From the NCBI GenBank assembly GCA_050575255.1, contig JBNZDD010013656.1:2819978-2883977 (forward strand): a stretch of 64,000 nt of DNA. Reading direction: 5' to 3'. Every line of letters begins with the position of its first letter. Position 1 is the stretch's first letter. Positions 51,791 to 64,000 of this stretch are shown in pieces. Under the pieces are notes generated by a model that ran no database searches, had not been told where the DNA came from, and worked only from the letters and a program-made list of their open reading frames with translations. A program made the position numbers and the translations under genes. Source of the DNA: Harriotta raleighana. Taxonomy: Eukaryota.

Positions 51791-54084
51791 GTCACAGATG
51801 TGTTTGCCCGAGCTGACTGTTGGGCAGAGCTGAATCCACAACCTGTAACTGGCACCTTTTATTGCCTACACTTCAAGCTCACTCAGGATCACTGCGCCTT
51901 TAAATCCTGAAACGCACAGCTCACGACAATAATCTAATTCACCACTGGAAGAGATGACTGGGCTCCTGCATCATCTCATTCTTGCTCTAAGTTTAGTGCA
52001 TTATGTCACAGTCTAATTATGTGTATAGCTTCTTTCTGATATGGTGAAACCGCGAGAGAGCCCCAAGAGCAAAGATCCCATCCCCCTTCTCTTCTGTCCT
52101 AGCTCCTCACCTGTACAAAATATGCCTTCCCATCAATCCTGCACACTGACCCAGTCTGTAGTGGGAGAGGATAAATGATACTATGGCTTTTCTGTTTTTC
52201 CTGATGTGGCCATGACTGATATTGTTATCTTTACTTAAGAATTTAGGTCCCATTTGAAAATCACTATTGCATCAGGCAAACCACTTTCTCCAGCTTCGTT
52301 CTCTCCAGCTTTTACTAGTTTGAATTGATTTATGGAATTATCAGATCAAATAATATTGCTGTAAGTATATTTGTTGGAACATTGTATAACTCAATTTATA
52401 TATGTTTCTGAGTCAATGTTTGCATGCAATACGAGGGAGGGAAGTTAGTGCTTTCGAAATGCAATTCATTTAAACTGCTGGCGAAAGATTCATCTATACA
52501 TCTTTTCTCATTAAAATCTTTGCATTCGAACCTCAACTTATTGATTGCAAATCATCAGATGTACTGTATTCTCAAATGTAATATGGAAGAAATCACTCGC
52601 ACACAGACCGTGGGTGTCACTGACTGAATGTTAAACACTGGACTTTCAGTCAGTGACCGCACAGTCTGTCTGCTGCGGTGACATGACGGTCACTTAACCT
52701 GTTCAATGACAGACATGGAGTCATGCATCGAGACTGAATTATGTTGATAGGGTTAATAGGCCAATCACACATTGTGACAAGTACAACACGAAGCACAGAG
52801 TGATACAGTAATTCTACAGGTGACCCAGTGTATCTGAGTGGAATAATCACAGCAGTGTTAATCATAGGGCAAATTGTAAAACTCAGCCAATATTTAGTTC
52901 TGAATCTGAAGCAGTTGCAATAACCAAGAAATGAAAGTGGAGTGAAAATGACAGCACCAGACACATTTGTTACTTGATTTAACATTGGAACTGATGATGG
53001 ACTAATACAGATAGTCGAGGAACAACAGTCTTGGTGGAGCTTACAAAGCTTTCACTAACAGTCAGTACCTGCCTCAGCCTTCCCGACAGGAAGTGGGGGA
53101 GTGGGCTAACCAAAAGATCCACAGATTACATTTTGATTCCTTGCAATCACTAACTAGAATTATTTTAACTTATTCTTGCCAATACGTAAAAATATTGGCA
53201 AATTTTCTGCTTTATCCTTTGGCCTGAACCCCTTGAGTTAGTTTGTGTTGAATTCAATCCAACATGTTCTCCTTATTTGGTAAGGTACAGTTTGGGCTTT
53301 TATTCAAAAGCAAGTTGGGAAACAATAGAGAAGTGTGAATATTGGAAAAAAAAGGTTAGCAATCACTTACTATTTGTTAAGTTTATCAACAATGAATAAA
53401 ATCACTATCACAGTATAAAATAACAGCTGAACTATTGCAATCTATAACTTCTTCTAATCCACAGAAGTTAAATAATATTACACCACTTTAATTAGAATAT
53501 TCTGAGGATTGGGTGATTCAGTGGGTTATTTTTCTGTCTCCTTTCACTTGTGGAACCTGAACTTCAATTCAGCTGTTTGACAAGTGAAAATGGTCTTTCC
53601 TTGAAAGCTCCAGGGATTCTGTGTAAACAGAGTGCAGCACAGTCTGAACCCAGTTTTTACTCAGCGTGAATCCACGACACAAAGGTTGACAATACATTAG
53701 CTAGAATTGGCTCCAAATCAACAATCTTGTTTCGAAGCCACAAGGTTGGAGAAATGGAAAAAATGTCACACTGGAACAGCAGGGACTGCTTTCCTGCAGC
53801 TGGAAATGAGGCACAATGCTGGTGAGAGGGCAAGCTGCGCCTTGCCTTGGAGAATTGGCACGAAACTAAGTGGGAAAATCGGAATCGGGTTTCATTCCCA
53901 GACCTAGTTCTAGGCCATAGGATCATGACTGATTGATCATGACCTTCACTGGCCAAGCCTTCAGCCACTGTATCTTTAATCTATGGAATTTCCTGCTTCA
54001 AGCCCTCTGCCTCATCCAGTCTTTACCTATTTTTTTCTACTGCACACATGGTTACCTCACTCTTCTCCTAAGAGTAAGGTTCTC

Positions 54085-55112
54085 CTATCTCGGAGTAAAC
54101 TCTGAAGATTACACAAAAAGAATGCCACAGGATACAGATAAGTTGGGTGAGTGGACAAGAAGGTGGCAAATGGNGAGTAAACTCTGAAGATTACACAAAA
54201 AGAATGCCACAGGATACAGATAAGAGTGGGCAAGAAGGTGGCAAATGGAATATAATGTGGAGAAGTGTGAAGTTATTTACCTAGGTAGTAAAAACAGAAA
54301 AGCAGATTATTTTATAAAAGGTGAGGNAGTGTGAAGTTATTCACCTAGGTAGTAAAAACAGAAAAGCAGATTATTTTATAAAAGGTGAGGGACTAGACAA
54401 TGTTCTTGTTCAGAGGGATTTGGATGTCCTTGTACACCAGTCGCAAAAATGTTAGTTTGCAGGTACAGCGAGCAACTAGGAAGGCTAATGGTAAGTTGGC
54501 GTTCATTGCAAAAGCGTTAGAATACAAGAATAGGGAAATCTTGCTGAAACTGTATAGGACATTGGTGAGACCGCACCTGGAATATTGTATGCTGTTTTCG
54601 CCTCCTTATTTAAGAAAGGATATGCTTGCCTTAGAAGGGGTGCAGCGTAGATTCACTAAATTGGTTCCTGGGATGGGGGAATTGACCTATGAGGATGGGT
54701 TGAGTAAACTAGGCCTACATTCTTTAGAATATAGAAGAATTAGAGCTGATCTTACAGAAACCTTTGAGATTCTTAAGGAACTTGACAGAGTAACAGTGTG
54801 AGACCATTTCCCCTGGTTGGAGAATCTATAACTAGGGGGGTCACAATTTTAAGAATAAGGGTCAGCCTTTTCGAACAGAGTTAAGGAAACGCTTCTTCAC
54901 TCAGAGGATAGTGAATTTATGGAATTATCTTCCCCAAAAGGCTGTAGATGCTCAGTCCCTGAACATATTCAAGACTGAGATGGATTAAGGGATATGGGGA
55001 TAAGGCGGGCAAATGGAGTTAGATTAGAAGATTAGGCATGATTTATTGAATGGCGGGGCAGGCTCGAGGGGCCGAATTGCCTACACCTGCTCTTTATTAT
55101 TATGTTCTATGT
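54085..55112 (+). mobile_element. CR1 LINE 3' ~1 kb (relatively young)
   Basis: LYRTLVRPHLEYC, LEGVQRRFTKL and FFTQRIVNLWN motifs; 3'UTR ggctcgaggggccgaattgcctac..ttatgttctatg. Confidence 0.93.
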
Positions 55113-55130
55113 AATATATAACAAAAATAT

Positions 55131-55393
55131 ATAATAATCCTTGCATTTGATATGTCACGTCTTTGAGGTTGTCTCAAAGCACTTCACAGAATATGTTGTG
55201 AATTGACTGCATATTTTGTGGGCGAAATGTGGAGGCAAATTGCACACAGTACAAATAGTCTTGGATTGATTGACCAATTTTTTCTTGTAGAGATTATTGC
55301 TCCTTGAAAAGAGATCCGCCAATCGACTAACAACAGGATTTCTATTTACTGCTAGGTAAACAGAGGCTTGTGCAGTAAGGAAACTTGCCCTGC
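55131..55393 (-). mobile_element. Long-variant SINE, 5'-truncated
   Basis: Antisense tail, Deu-like core and insert gatccgccaatcgactaacaacagg. Confidence 0.8.
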
Positions 55394-57849
55394 CTAAGAA
55401 TTAGCTCTAAATCAACAATCTTGTTTAGAAGCCACAAGGTTAAAAAATGGGAACTGGAAACATTTCCCTACCAGAAGGGAGCTGTATAAAGTTAAATTGT
55501 TTGTTGATAATTTGCTTCTATTTGCATCTGCTGTTATCTCTTCAGATAGCAGGAGCTGCAAAAAGGAGCAAATCACTACATTTTTAAAAAAATGGTTAAT
55601 TTCAGTGTCTCCTATGTGCTTACGGATGTACCAAGACGGAAGAAAAAGCATCACGTTCGGACTTTGGACTCATATATCCGTTTGTGGAACATTGCTGTGT
55701 GCAAATTGCTTACAAAATGCACATGTTAACTGGAAATTACACTTTAAACTGTATCCTGTAAAGCGCTTTCAAATATTCTCCTCACATGAAAAATACTATA
55801 TCAAATGAAAGGACTTTTTAATTTATTAATTTCTGAGTGAAATATATATTTTAAGGCTGGCAGTTGGCAGCCATTTGAATATTCAATTGAGGTGTTTTTG
55901 GAGCTTATAATGATCCCAGGCTATGATGTTGCCTTTTCCCACTCTAATTAAGACTATAGTCTATTAATCCATGGGGAGCAGTCACAAGCTGTCCATAGAA
56001 AACTGAGAGCAATTCCTCAAGCTGTTATCTTTTTCTGATTTACTTTTAAAAGGGACAAGAGTCGTTTTACAGATTTAATTGTATGCCTGAGTCACCCAAA
56101 TAATGTAATGCAAAGTAATTCTGTAATGTCTTTCTTAAAACGTCCCATAAAACATTCAATAAGTCTCGCGGTCCTCCCTCATGCTGACCCACCCATATCA
56201 TGCCCCCCTTCCTTCTCCGCAGGACTTAAGCCTGTATTTGTTACACCAAAATAAAGTTATTTTTTAACTGCAACCATTTGATGCTTTTGATCCTGTCAGC
56301 GATAATGAAAATACAAAGTCACCTATTGAGTTACCTTGTTTCTTTTTTAATTCTAATCTTGTCAGTGTGGATGACAGCAATGCATGGGTTCTACTTTGGG
56401 CCCTGGGGGTCGAGAAGGAAGAATGCATGTACCAAGCTCGCCTCTGCCTGAACTTGACTTGAAGCAGTCGTGTGAAACTGCAACAACAACAATTTGCATT
56501 TATATAGTGCCCTCCTCACAGTGGTGTGTTTGATCGATGAGCAAGGGAGAAGGATTAAGACAAAGGCAGCGACCACTTTCTCTCCAGTTACTACATTTCT
56601 CTCCAGCCCTCTCTGATGGCCAATGTGTCTGAAACACACTCCAGTCTCCATCCTATCACGAGGTGGCAATCCTCATTGCTAATCAAAGGAACTGCACTAC
56701 TCAAAACGTTTTAATGAATCAAAGTATTTTGAAGTTAGTCATACCCCTGGGGAAATCTGTCCACCTAAATCTTTTTGGTTGTCTTTCATTGTGGCCATTC
56801 TTGCATGCGATAAACAAAGTGCTGGTTTGTCTCATTACTGTGGAGTTTCTTTCTTCATTTGTTTTTTTTCCCCCGGCCCCACCCAGTGAGCTGTGGTCCG
56901 TTCAGCTGCCAGCATTGTGGGAATGAGTGGGTGCTTTCAGTTGAGACCGAGTGAGTCCTCACAGACTTTTTTGTTCAGAAAGAAAGAACTCGAATTTTGA
57001 CTGCGCCTTATCACGTCAAAACATCTCAATGCACTTCACAAACAATTACTGTCAAGTGTGGTGACTGCTTTTAATTGACAAACTCTCTGCAGATGCCAGG
57101 TTCAGGTTCCGCTCCCTTCTAATTTGTCAGATGTGTCTTGTGGCTGCCAGGTGAGACATTCCTTTGGTTATGTTAGGGATAGCCTGACGAAAGCTTTAGC
57201 TCAGGTACCAGGTACCAGGATGGGGGCGCCACCTCCTGCTGAAGGCAGGGATTTTCACGGAGAGAAAGAAAAATCCAGTTTGGCATTTAGGTACAATTAC
57301 AGAGCTCCCTATTCACACTCATTGGGATCGACAGGGAGATTCTTCCAGTGTCTTGGTCAACAATTTCCTCCCCTTCCCCCCCCCCCCCCCCNNNNNNNNN
57401 NNNNNNNNNNNNNNNNNNNNNNNNCAACAATTTCCCCCCCCCCCCCCCCCCCCCCCTCTACCACTACCAAAACAACTGCTCATTCACTTCATGGCAGTTT
57501 GTGGGACATTGTTGGACATAAATTGGCAATGGTGTGTGCTTACAAATGACACATTTTTACAGTAAATCCTGCAAAACGCTTTGAGATACTTTGATGACGT
57601 GATAAGGGGATAAATCAAATGCAAGGTTTATTATTTTCATTTAATTGGTCACGTTGTGAATAAGCAAAAATATGGATGATTGTCATCACACAAAATACAA
57701 ATTGGCTAACGTGCAAATCATACTCTGCTCCACCTGTTAAGACAAGTGCAGCCACAAATAGCCATGAATTGAATGAGCAATTATAACATGCACTATATTC
57801 AATACAATCAAGCGCAAATCATAACTGGACACATACAAAACCTCATTGA

Positions 57850-58420
57850 ACATGTACGCAACTTAGGAGTCAGGTTGAATCCCCAATTATCCTTCTTCCC
57901 CCACATTCGGTTGCTGGCCAGGACCACTTTCCTCCACTTAGCTACATTGTCCATCTCCAACAATACCTCACTCCACAAGCTGCGGAAATCCTGGTCCGTG
58001 TTTTCATCATATCTCGGCTGAACTACTGAAATACCCTCCTCTCCGGTCTCCCCTCCTTCACAAAACTCAACTCATCCAAAACTCCACTGCCTGCATTCTC
58101 ACCGCAGTCCTTGTCAAACTCCACCGTCACAGAGCAGATCAACTTCAAAATCCACTCTCTGGTGTTTAAATCCCTCCAGTCCTCGGCACCTACTTCCTCT
58201 TTGACTTCCTCTCTCCTCACAGCTGTACCTGCTACCTCCACTCTACTGGGTCTGGTGTCCTCCTTGTCCCTCGAATCTTCCGCTCCACCATTGGCAACCA
58301 TATTTTCAGCCACTATGCCCTGAAACTTTGGAATTCCCTCCCTCAACCCATTCGCCTCACCCCTTCCTTTCCCATCTTCAGCTCGTGCCTGAAGACCTTT
58401 TGCTTCGACAATAATCTCTA
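57850..58420 (+). mobile_element. L2 ORF2 fragment
   Basis: VRNLGVRLNPQLSF and INFKIHSLVFKSL motifs. Confidence 0.85.
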
Positions 58421-58989
58421 TACTAACCATCACATACACTTAGCCCAGAACACACTATCCACTTAACTTTTGATTCCCGATATAGCAAAGAAGACAGAGA
58501 CTTCCGCATATATTTCCTTTACCCCTCTCGTCTAACAAATCTTAAAGGCAACACTTGTCTGCAACATATTTTAATAGTTGTTAATTATCTTATTTAAGAA
58601 TTCCTGTACTTTCTTTGGAATGCAACAAGCAAACTAGGCCAATTCCCTTTCCACACAACATGCAAACTAGGCCTTTGTCTTACAAAATGGAACGAAACAT
58701 GCAGAAACAACTTTTAAAATAAGAGTTACAGTGAATAAACACTGATCAGGACCAGAACATAAAATATACTAAGAGGCAAAAAAAAATCAAACTGCGATAA
58801 AGAGTTTGGCCGCACAGCAACAACCTTTTGTTCTTCTCCTATTCAGTTCATCTTTCACTAACACAGTGAGTCCTGATGTTTTACTCAGTTGGCAATGTTC
58901 TTGTCGCCATGTCAAAAGGTTATGGGTTCAAAACCCCCATTGAGTTTAAGCTTCTTATCTTGAGATCAGTTGTGTTGCTCTTTGGCCCC

Positions 58990-59170
58990 TCTCCAAAGCT
59001 CATGTGTGTTTTGCAATGTGGTGACCAGAACTGAACAAAGTATTTCAAGTGTGGTCTGACTAGTATATTGTGAGGCCCTGGCATAATCTCCAGAGATTAT
59101 GGTTATCTACACTTCTGATTATATAGTTAATCCTGTTCTTAGTTTGTTCTTTTAATTATCTTCCCACACA
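58990..59170 (-). mobile_element. CR1 fragment
   Basis: Minus strand reads LVRPHLKYFVQFWSPH. Confidence 0.75.
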
Positions 59171-59353
59171 GCCTGGCATTAAAATCCCTTTCTTTGTCTC
59201 CCATTCCCACTATCTTATTGCATTTGATGTGCAATTTTATGACAAATTATATAAATGAATGTGTATTTGGGCTCAGAAATGCAGTATTCCCAAACTTGAT
59301 TTGTTGCATTAATTATCCTTTCCACTTTGAGGGTATGTTGCTATCCTGCCATC

Positions 59354-59678
59354 GTGGAGCTCCTGTAGCTCAGTGGTTAGAGCACTCACCTTATAAGCGT
59401 GAGAGCTGTGTTTGAATCCAGGCAGATCAGGGCGCAACTTTGGGCAAATTTCCTCACTCCACACGCCTAATAATAATCCATCTGAAAAAACAACACAATA
59501 ATAAAATTGGTCATTTCAACCCATGGCTGTTTGTGGGACATGGCTGTGCGCAATTGGCTGCTGCATTTCGCCCATAAAATATACAGTCAATTCACTTTAC
59601 AGTTTATTCTGTGAAGGGCTTTGAGACATCGATAAGATGTGGAAAGTGCTATATCGAATGCAAAGATTATTATTATCA
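59354..59678 (+). mobile_element. Full-length tRNA-Deu SINE
   Basis: Consensus head, core and tail. Confidence 0.92.
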
Positions 59679-60339
59679 TATGTCCCAGAAACATACAACA
59701 TTTCTGTAGACTATAAAAGAGTAATTTTGGCTGAGCTATTTGTCAGATGTTTGGGATGTCCCACATGCAAACTTCAATCTTGCTCTATTTTTCCACTTGA
59801 TATTCACCTATTTTCAGAAAGTTGTTGCCTGCATCGTTTCATTGACTGTGATATATTGCACACAAACGACAAAACCACACAGTCACATTTTCCAAACCCT
59901 CTCCTTCTTGAATGTATTCTGTGAATTACACAAAAGGTGAAAGGTACACGAAGAGTTTGGTGATATGGTTTGAACATAAATCGTTCCTATTAAAGTGGGA
60001 CATGTACAGCTACTCATTTGGCAAGCAACACTGGCACCTAGTGTCAGTCCTTATAATTTACGTTATGTTTCCAAGTGACCAATTTAATTGGAAAACCTGA
60101 GATCATCATTTAATTTAGTCTGAACAGCATTTCTCCTTGTTCAGTAATTCACAGTAGACACCAGCTGACCTTGGTCAGACTTAACAGGCGCACTTCAGAT
60201 GTAATCACATTCACTTGATTTACACTTCTCTCTCCTTCCCCCACATAGAGTATTTCTTCCAACCGACCGATTAAGCCTTTCACAAATGCAACAGATTCAG
60301 GATTTATTTATTCACTCAGCCAGCTCTAGCCTTCTGAAC

Positions 60340-61790
60340 AATTCCCTGACCACTCAACTCCACCATCCATAGCCATGTCTTTAGCTACTATGCCCCAAAC
60401 CTATGGAACTCCTCCCTCAACTCATTCGCCTTGCCCATCTACAAATCATACCTGAATTTCCTCTTTAACCATGCCTTTGGTCGCCTTCCCTTTCTCCCCC
60501 GCTCTTGTTCAATCTTCAACTGTCCTTTCTTCCCCATATCCATGCCATGGCCTGCTCTACCTTCGCCAACCTCCGCAACATTGTCTGACTCTGCAGCGGC
60601 CTCACCCCTTAGGCCGACGAAACCCTCATCAATTCATTCATCACCTCAAGGATTGACTAAGCCAACTCTCTCCTTGTTAGCCTCCCCAACTCCTCCCTCC
60701 ACAAACTGTAGATCATCCAGAACTCTGCAGCTCATGTCTTCTACCACCAGGCTTCGTGCCTCCATTACCCTCACCATCCCCCTGCTCCACTGGCTATCAT
60801 CCCTCAGAGGATACAATTCAGAATCCTTGTCCTCACTTTCAAGGCCCTCCATCGCCTTGCCCCCTCCTATGTCTCTGACCATCTGAGCCCCTATCAACCT
60901 GTCTGGTTCCTTTATTCAGCAGGCTCCAGCCTGCTCAATGTCTCCCTCCGACCCACGCTACCATCGGCGGATTTCAGCCTCTCTGCCCCCACCCTTTGGA
61001 ACAACAAAGTAGATAGTGGGAAATTGTTTCCCTTGGTTGGAGAAACTAAAACCAAGGGTCACAGTCTTAAAGTTAGGGGTCAACCCTTTCGCACTGAGTT
61101 GAGAAAAAACTTTTTCACTCAGAGGGTAGTGAATGTATGGAATTCTCTACCCCTAAGGGCTGTTGATGCTCAGTCGTTGAACATATTCAAGACTGAGATA
61201 GATAGATTTCCCAGTCATAAAGGGCTTAAGGGGTATGTGGATAAAACAGGTAGCTGGAGTTAAAAAGGAATATCAGCCATGATTGAATGGGGGGGCAGGC
61301 TCGAAGGGCCGAATGACCTACTCCTGCTCCTACTTCTTATGTTCTTATGGAACTCCATCCCACAATCCCTTCAGCTTGCTCTCTCCCTTGCCTCCTTCAG
61401 GGCCCGACTTGAGACCTTCCTTTTCAACCTTGCCTTCAGCCACCCTCCTACCTCTCTGCCCTCCCCCATCCCAATCCTGCCTCCACCACCCCAACCTCCC
61501 CCACCANGAAGGGCCGAATGACCTACTCCTGCTCCTACTTCTTATGTTCTTATGGAACTCCATCCCACAATCCCTTCAGCTTGCTCTCTCCCTTGCCTCC
61601 TTCAGGGCCCGACTTGAGACCTTCCTTTTCAACCTTGCTTCAGCCACCCTCCTACCTCTCTGCCCTCCCTCATCCCAACCCTGCCTCCACCATCCCCAAC
61701 CTCCCCCACCGTGCTCAGGTTCTGATCCCCCAACTGTTCAGGACCTTGGGATGTCCTCCTGACATGAAAGGTGCTTTACAAATATAATTT
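60340..61790 (+). mobile_element. L2 fragments split by a CR1 3' insertion (61003-61347)
   Basis: L2 sequence ...accctttggaac resumes as tggaactccatccc after the CR1. The CR1 reads FFTQRVVNVWNSLP and has a (TTCTTATG)2 tail. TSD TGGAAC. Confidence 0.88.
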
Positions 61791-62164
61791 TGAGCTCAGT
61801 GCTCTGAGATGTTACCTGGCATGAAGTTGTTGGTGTACGATAAATGTTCGCCTGTAAAAGCAAGTTGTTGGTGTACTGTGGTTTGCATGGTCTTCACTAG
61901 TGGATGCTGGTGACTTTTCCTGTATCCAGTTAAGTTGATGATCAAAGACATACAAAATACCATAAGCAGCAGATTAAACATAGATAAAGCACAGTGCAAA
62001 TTTCCTGAACTGTACTTCTAAAGAGCAGGTTTGAAGCCAGTCATAAATTATTGATATTGAGGCCTGAGTCCCACATTAGCTTGTATTCAGAAACAAAGGC
62101 TTCACATAAAGTCTGCAAGTTTCTTCTTGGTTCTTCTCAAATCCTTTCATCTCACTTTCCTTAA

Positions 62165-63630
62165 GTACAACAACAACAACAAAATTACATTTGTAAAGTG
62201 CCTTCCATGTCGGGAGGATGACCCAAGGCGCTGGACAGTAAGTGTTTCAGACCCAAGCTGGAGGATGGAGAAAAGGGAGGGGAAGTGGGTGACTGATGAT
62301 ATGTTGAAAGAGGAAGGTCTTGAGACTGGACTTGAAGGAGGCTAGGGAGGGGGTGAGGCAGAGTGATTGCGGGATGGAATTCCAAAGGTTCTGGCAAAGT
62401 GGTTGTAAGCTCGCCCGCTGATGGCAGGGCAGAGTAAGTCGGGAGGCATGGAGCAGGCCAGAGTCCGCTGAGCGGAAGGAGCAGAGAGGTTGTTAGGGGT
62501 TTAGTAGGTCACAGAGGTAGGTTAGCCATATGCCATGGAGGGCTTTAAAGGTAAGGACCAGGATCTTGAATTGAATCCTCTAAATGATGGGAAACCAATG
62601 GATTCGGGCGAGAATTGGGGAGATGGCGTCATGGAACTTGGTTCAGGAGAGGATACGGGCTGCAGAGTTCTGGATAATCTGTATCTTATGGAGGGAGGAT
62701 GGATGGAGTAGTTGGGAAGGCTGACAAGCAGTGAGTTGGCATAGTCAAGCCTGTACATGGTGAAGGCATGAATGAGAGTTTCAGTGGCCTGACGGGTGAG
62801 GTAACAACAGAATCGGGCAATGTTGTGGAGGTGAGGGAAGCCAGAATTGAGCATGGGTGTGGAGGAGAAAAGACAGTTGAGGATCGAAACAAGAAACCCA
62901 GGTTCCTGACTGGCTTGGTGAGGTGGAGTGTGGAATCATGGAGGTTGATGCTGGCAATGCCTGAAGGGCAGAGGCACTGGGCAAGCAAATCAGGAGGGCC
63001 TCGGTCTTGTTGATGTTCAACTGTAGAAAGTTAGCTCTATTATTCCTGTAGCTCAGTGGTTAGAGCATTCACTTTACAAGCATGAGATCTGTGTTTGAAT
63101 CCAGGCAGGTTGGGGTGAAACCTTGGGCAAGTTTCCTTACTCCACATGCATAATAACAATCCCTCCAAAAAAACACAATAATAAAATTGGTTATTTAAAT
63201 CCAAGACTTTGTATGGGACACTGCTGTGCGCAATTGGCTGCTGCGTTTTGCCCACAGATATACAGTCAATTTACTTTACAGTATATTCTGTGAAGCTCTT
63301 TGAGATGTCTAGAAGATGTGAAAAGCGCTATATCAAAAAGCAACAATCATTATTATAATTATTATCTAGTACTTGATATCTGACAGGCAGTTTGTCAGGA
63401 CAGTATTGGTCCTTGAATCAAGAGTAGAGGCAGAAAGATAGAGTTGGGAGACAACCGGAAACATATCGAAGTTGATCCCATGCCTGCGGATGATGTTACC
63501 ATGGGCGAGCATGGAGCAATGAATAGGAGAGGGCCAAGGACAGAGCCCTGGGGGACACCATAAGTGACAATGCTGGGGCTGGAGGAGAAGCCATTAGTGG
63601 TGGCAAAGTGCAGACAGTGGGCGAGGTAAG
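62165..63630 (-). mobile_element. L2 RT and 3' end, interrupted by a + strand full-length SINE (63043-63366)
   Basis: GVPQGSVLGPLLF, NINKTEAL, VRNLG and RLDYANSLL motifs on the minus strand. Confidence 0.9.
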
Positions 63631-63639
63631 ATTCTGAAA

Positions 63640-64000
63640 AAAGCACAATAATAATTTGGTCACTCAATCCACAACTGTTTGTGGGACAACTGCGCTGTTC
63701 AATTCGCTGCCGCTTTTGGCCCACAAATGTACAGGCAATTCACTTTGCAGTATATTCTGCGAAACGCTTGGAGAAGCCTGGAAGACATGAAAAGAGCTTC
63801 AGCAAATGCAAGGATTATTATTATTAGTTTCAAGCGCTCTCTAAAGACACATCTCTTTGACTGCACCTCCAGCCACCTCCCCTCTATCCCTCCTATTGCC
63901 TTCCTAGCGCCTTCCTGCCACCTTCCTATTTCCCTCCGAGCTCAAGCTCCCACACAGTCTTTGTAAAGCACATTAAGATGTTCTCTCAACTTCAAACGTG
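63640..64000 (+). mobile_element. SINE 3' half followed by L2 3' end
   Basis: Deu core and tail; FKRSLKTHLF motif. Confidence 0.8.

Noticed and set aside
52629-52677. Superficial resemblance to miR-30 (tgttaaacac..., ctttcagtcag...gctgc)
   Set aside because: The TGTAAACATCC seed arm is absent and the similar bases sit in the loop, so the hairpin architecture does not match.
54400-54801. 133-aa ORF as a possible gene
   Set aside because: It is a CR1 ORF2 fragment in a 5'-truncated, frameshifted element.
1-64000. CRISPR arrays, prokaryotic or viral genes, and other ORF-track entries
   Set aside because: No regularly spaced repeats or long ORFs. The remaining short ORFs map to SINE/LINE sequence or look like chance ORFs.

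Overview
Vertebrate genomic DNA. The repeat landscape (tRNA-headed Deu-domain SINEs, abundant L2 and CR1 LINE fragments) suggests a cartilaginous fish, possibly a chimaera; this is inference. The window holds the 3' half of the bZIP transcription factor gene CREB5 on the + strand: His-rich exon 23158-23466, basic-region exon 28602-28829, leucine-zipper exon 31035-31143 and last coding exon 32401-32564. A putative ~7.2 kb 3'UTR follows, ending near AATAAA 39772. The first 23 kb is one long intron and ~40-64 kb is repeat-rich intergenic DNA. The His-rich exon appears twice (1855-bp offset), but the copies meet at a single N, as do six smaller near-identical duplications, so this is most likely a haplotype-overlap assembly artefact. 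Less obvious structure includes: four non-autonomous DNA transposons defined by TIRs and TSDs (two hAT-like, two Tc1/pogo-like); SINE variants with diagnostic internal inserts; a pre-miRNA-sized hairpin at 52.6 kb; a diverged direct-repeat pair at 42.4/43.8 kb with codon-like divergence; a 57-bp direct repeat bracketing a CR1+SINE block; and inverted repeats flanking two phase-0 exons. I see no clear evidence of a wholly new gene system. Repeat boundaries are read by eye and approximate unless TSDs are quoted.
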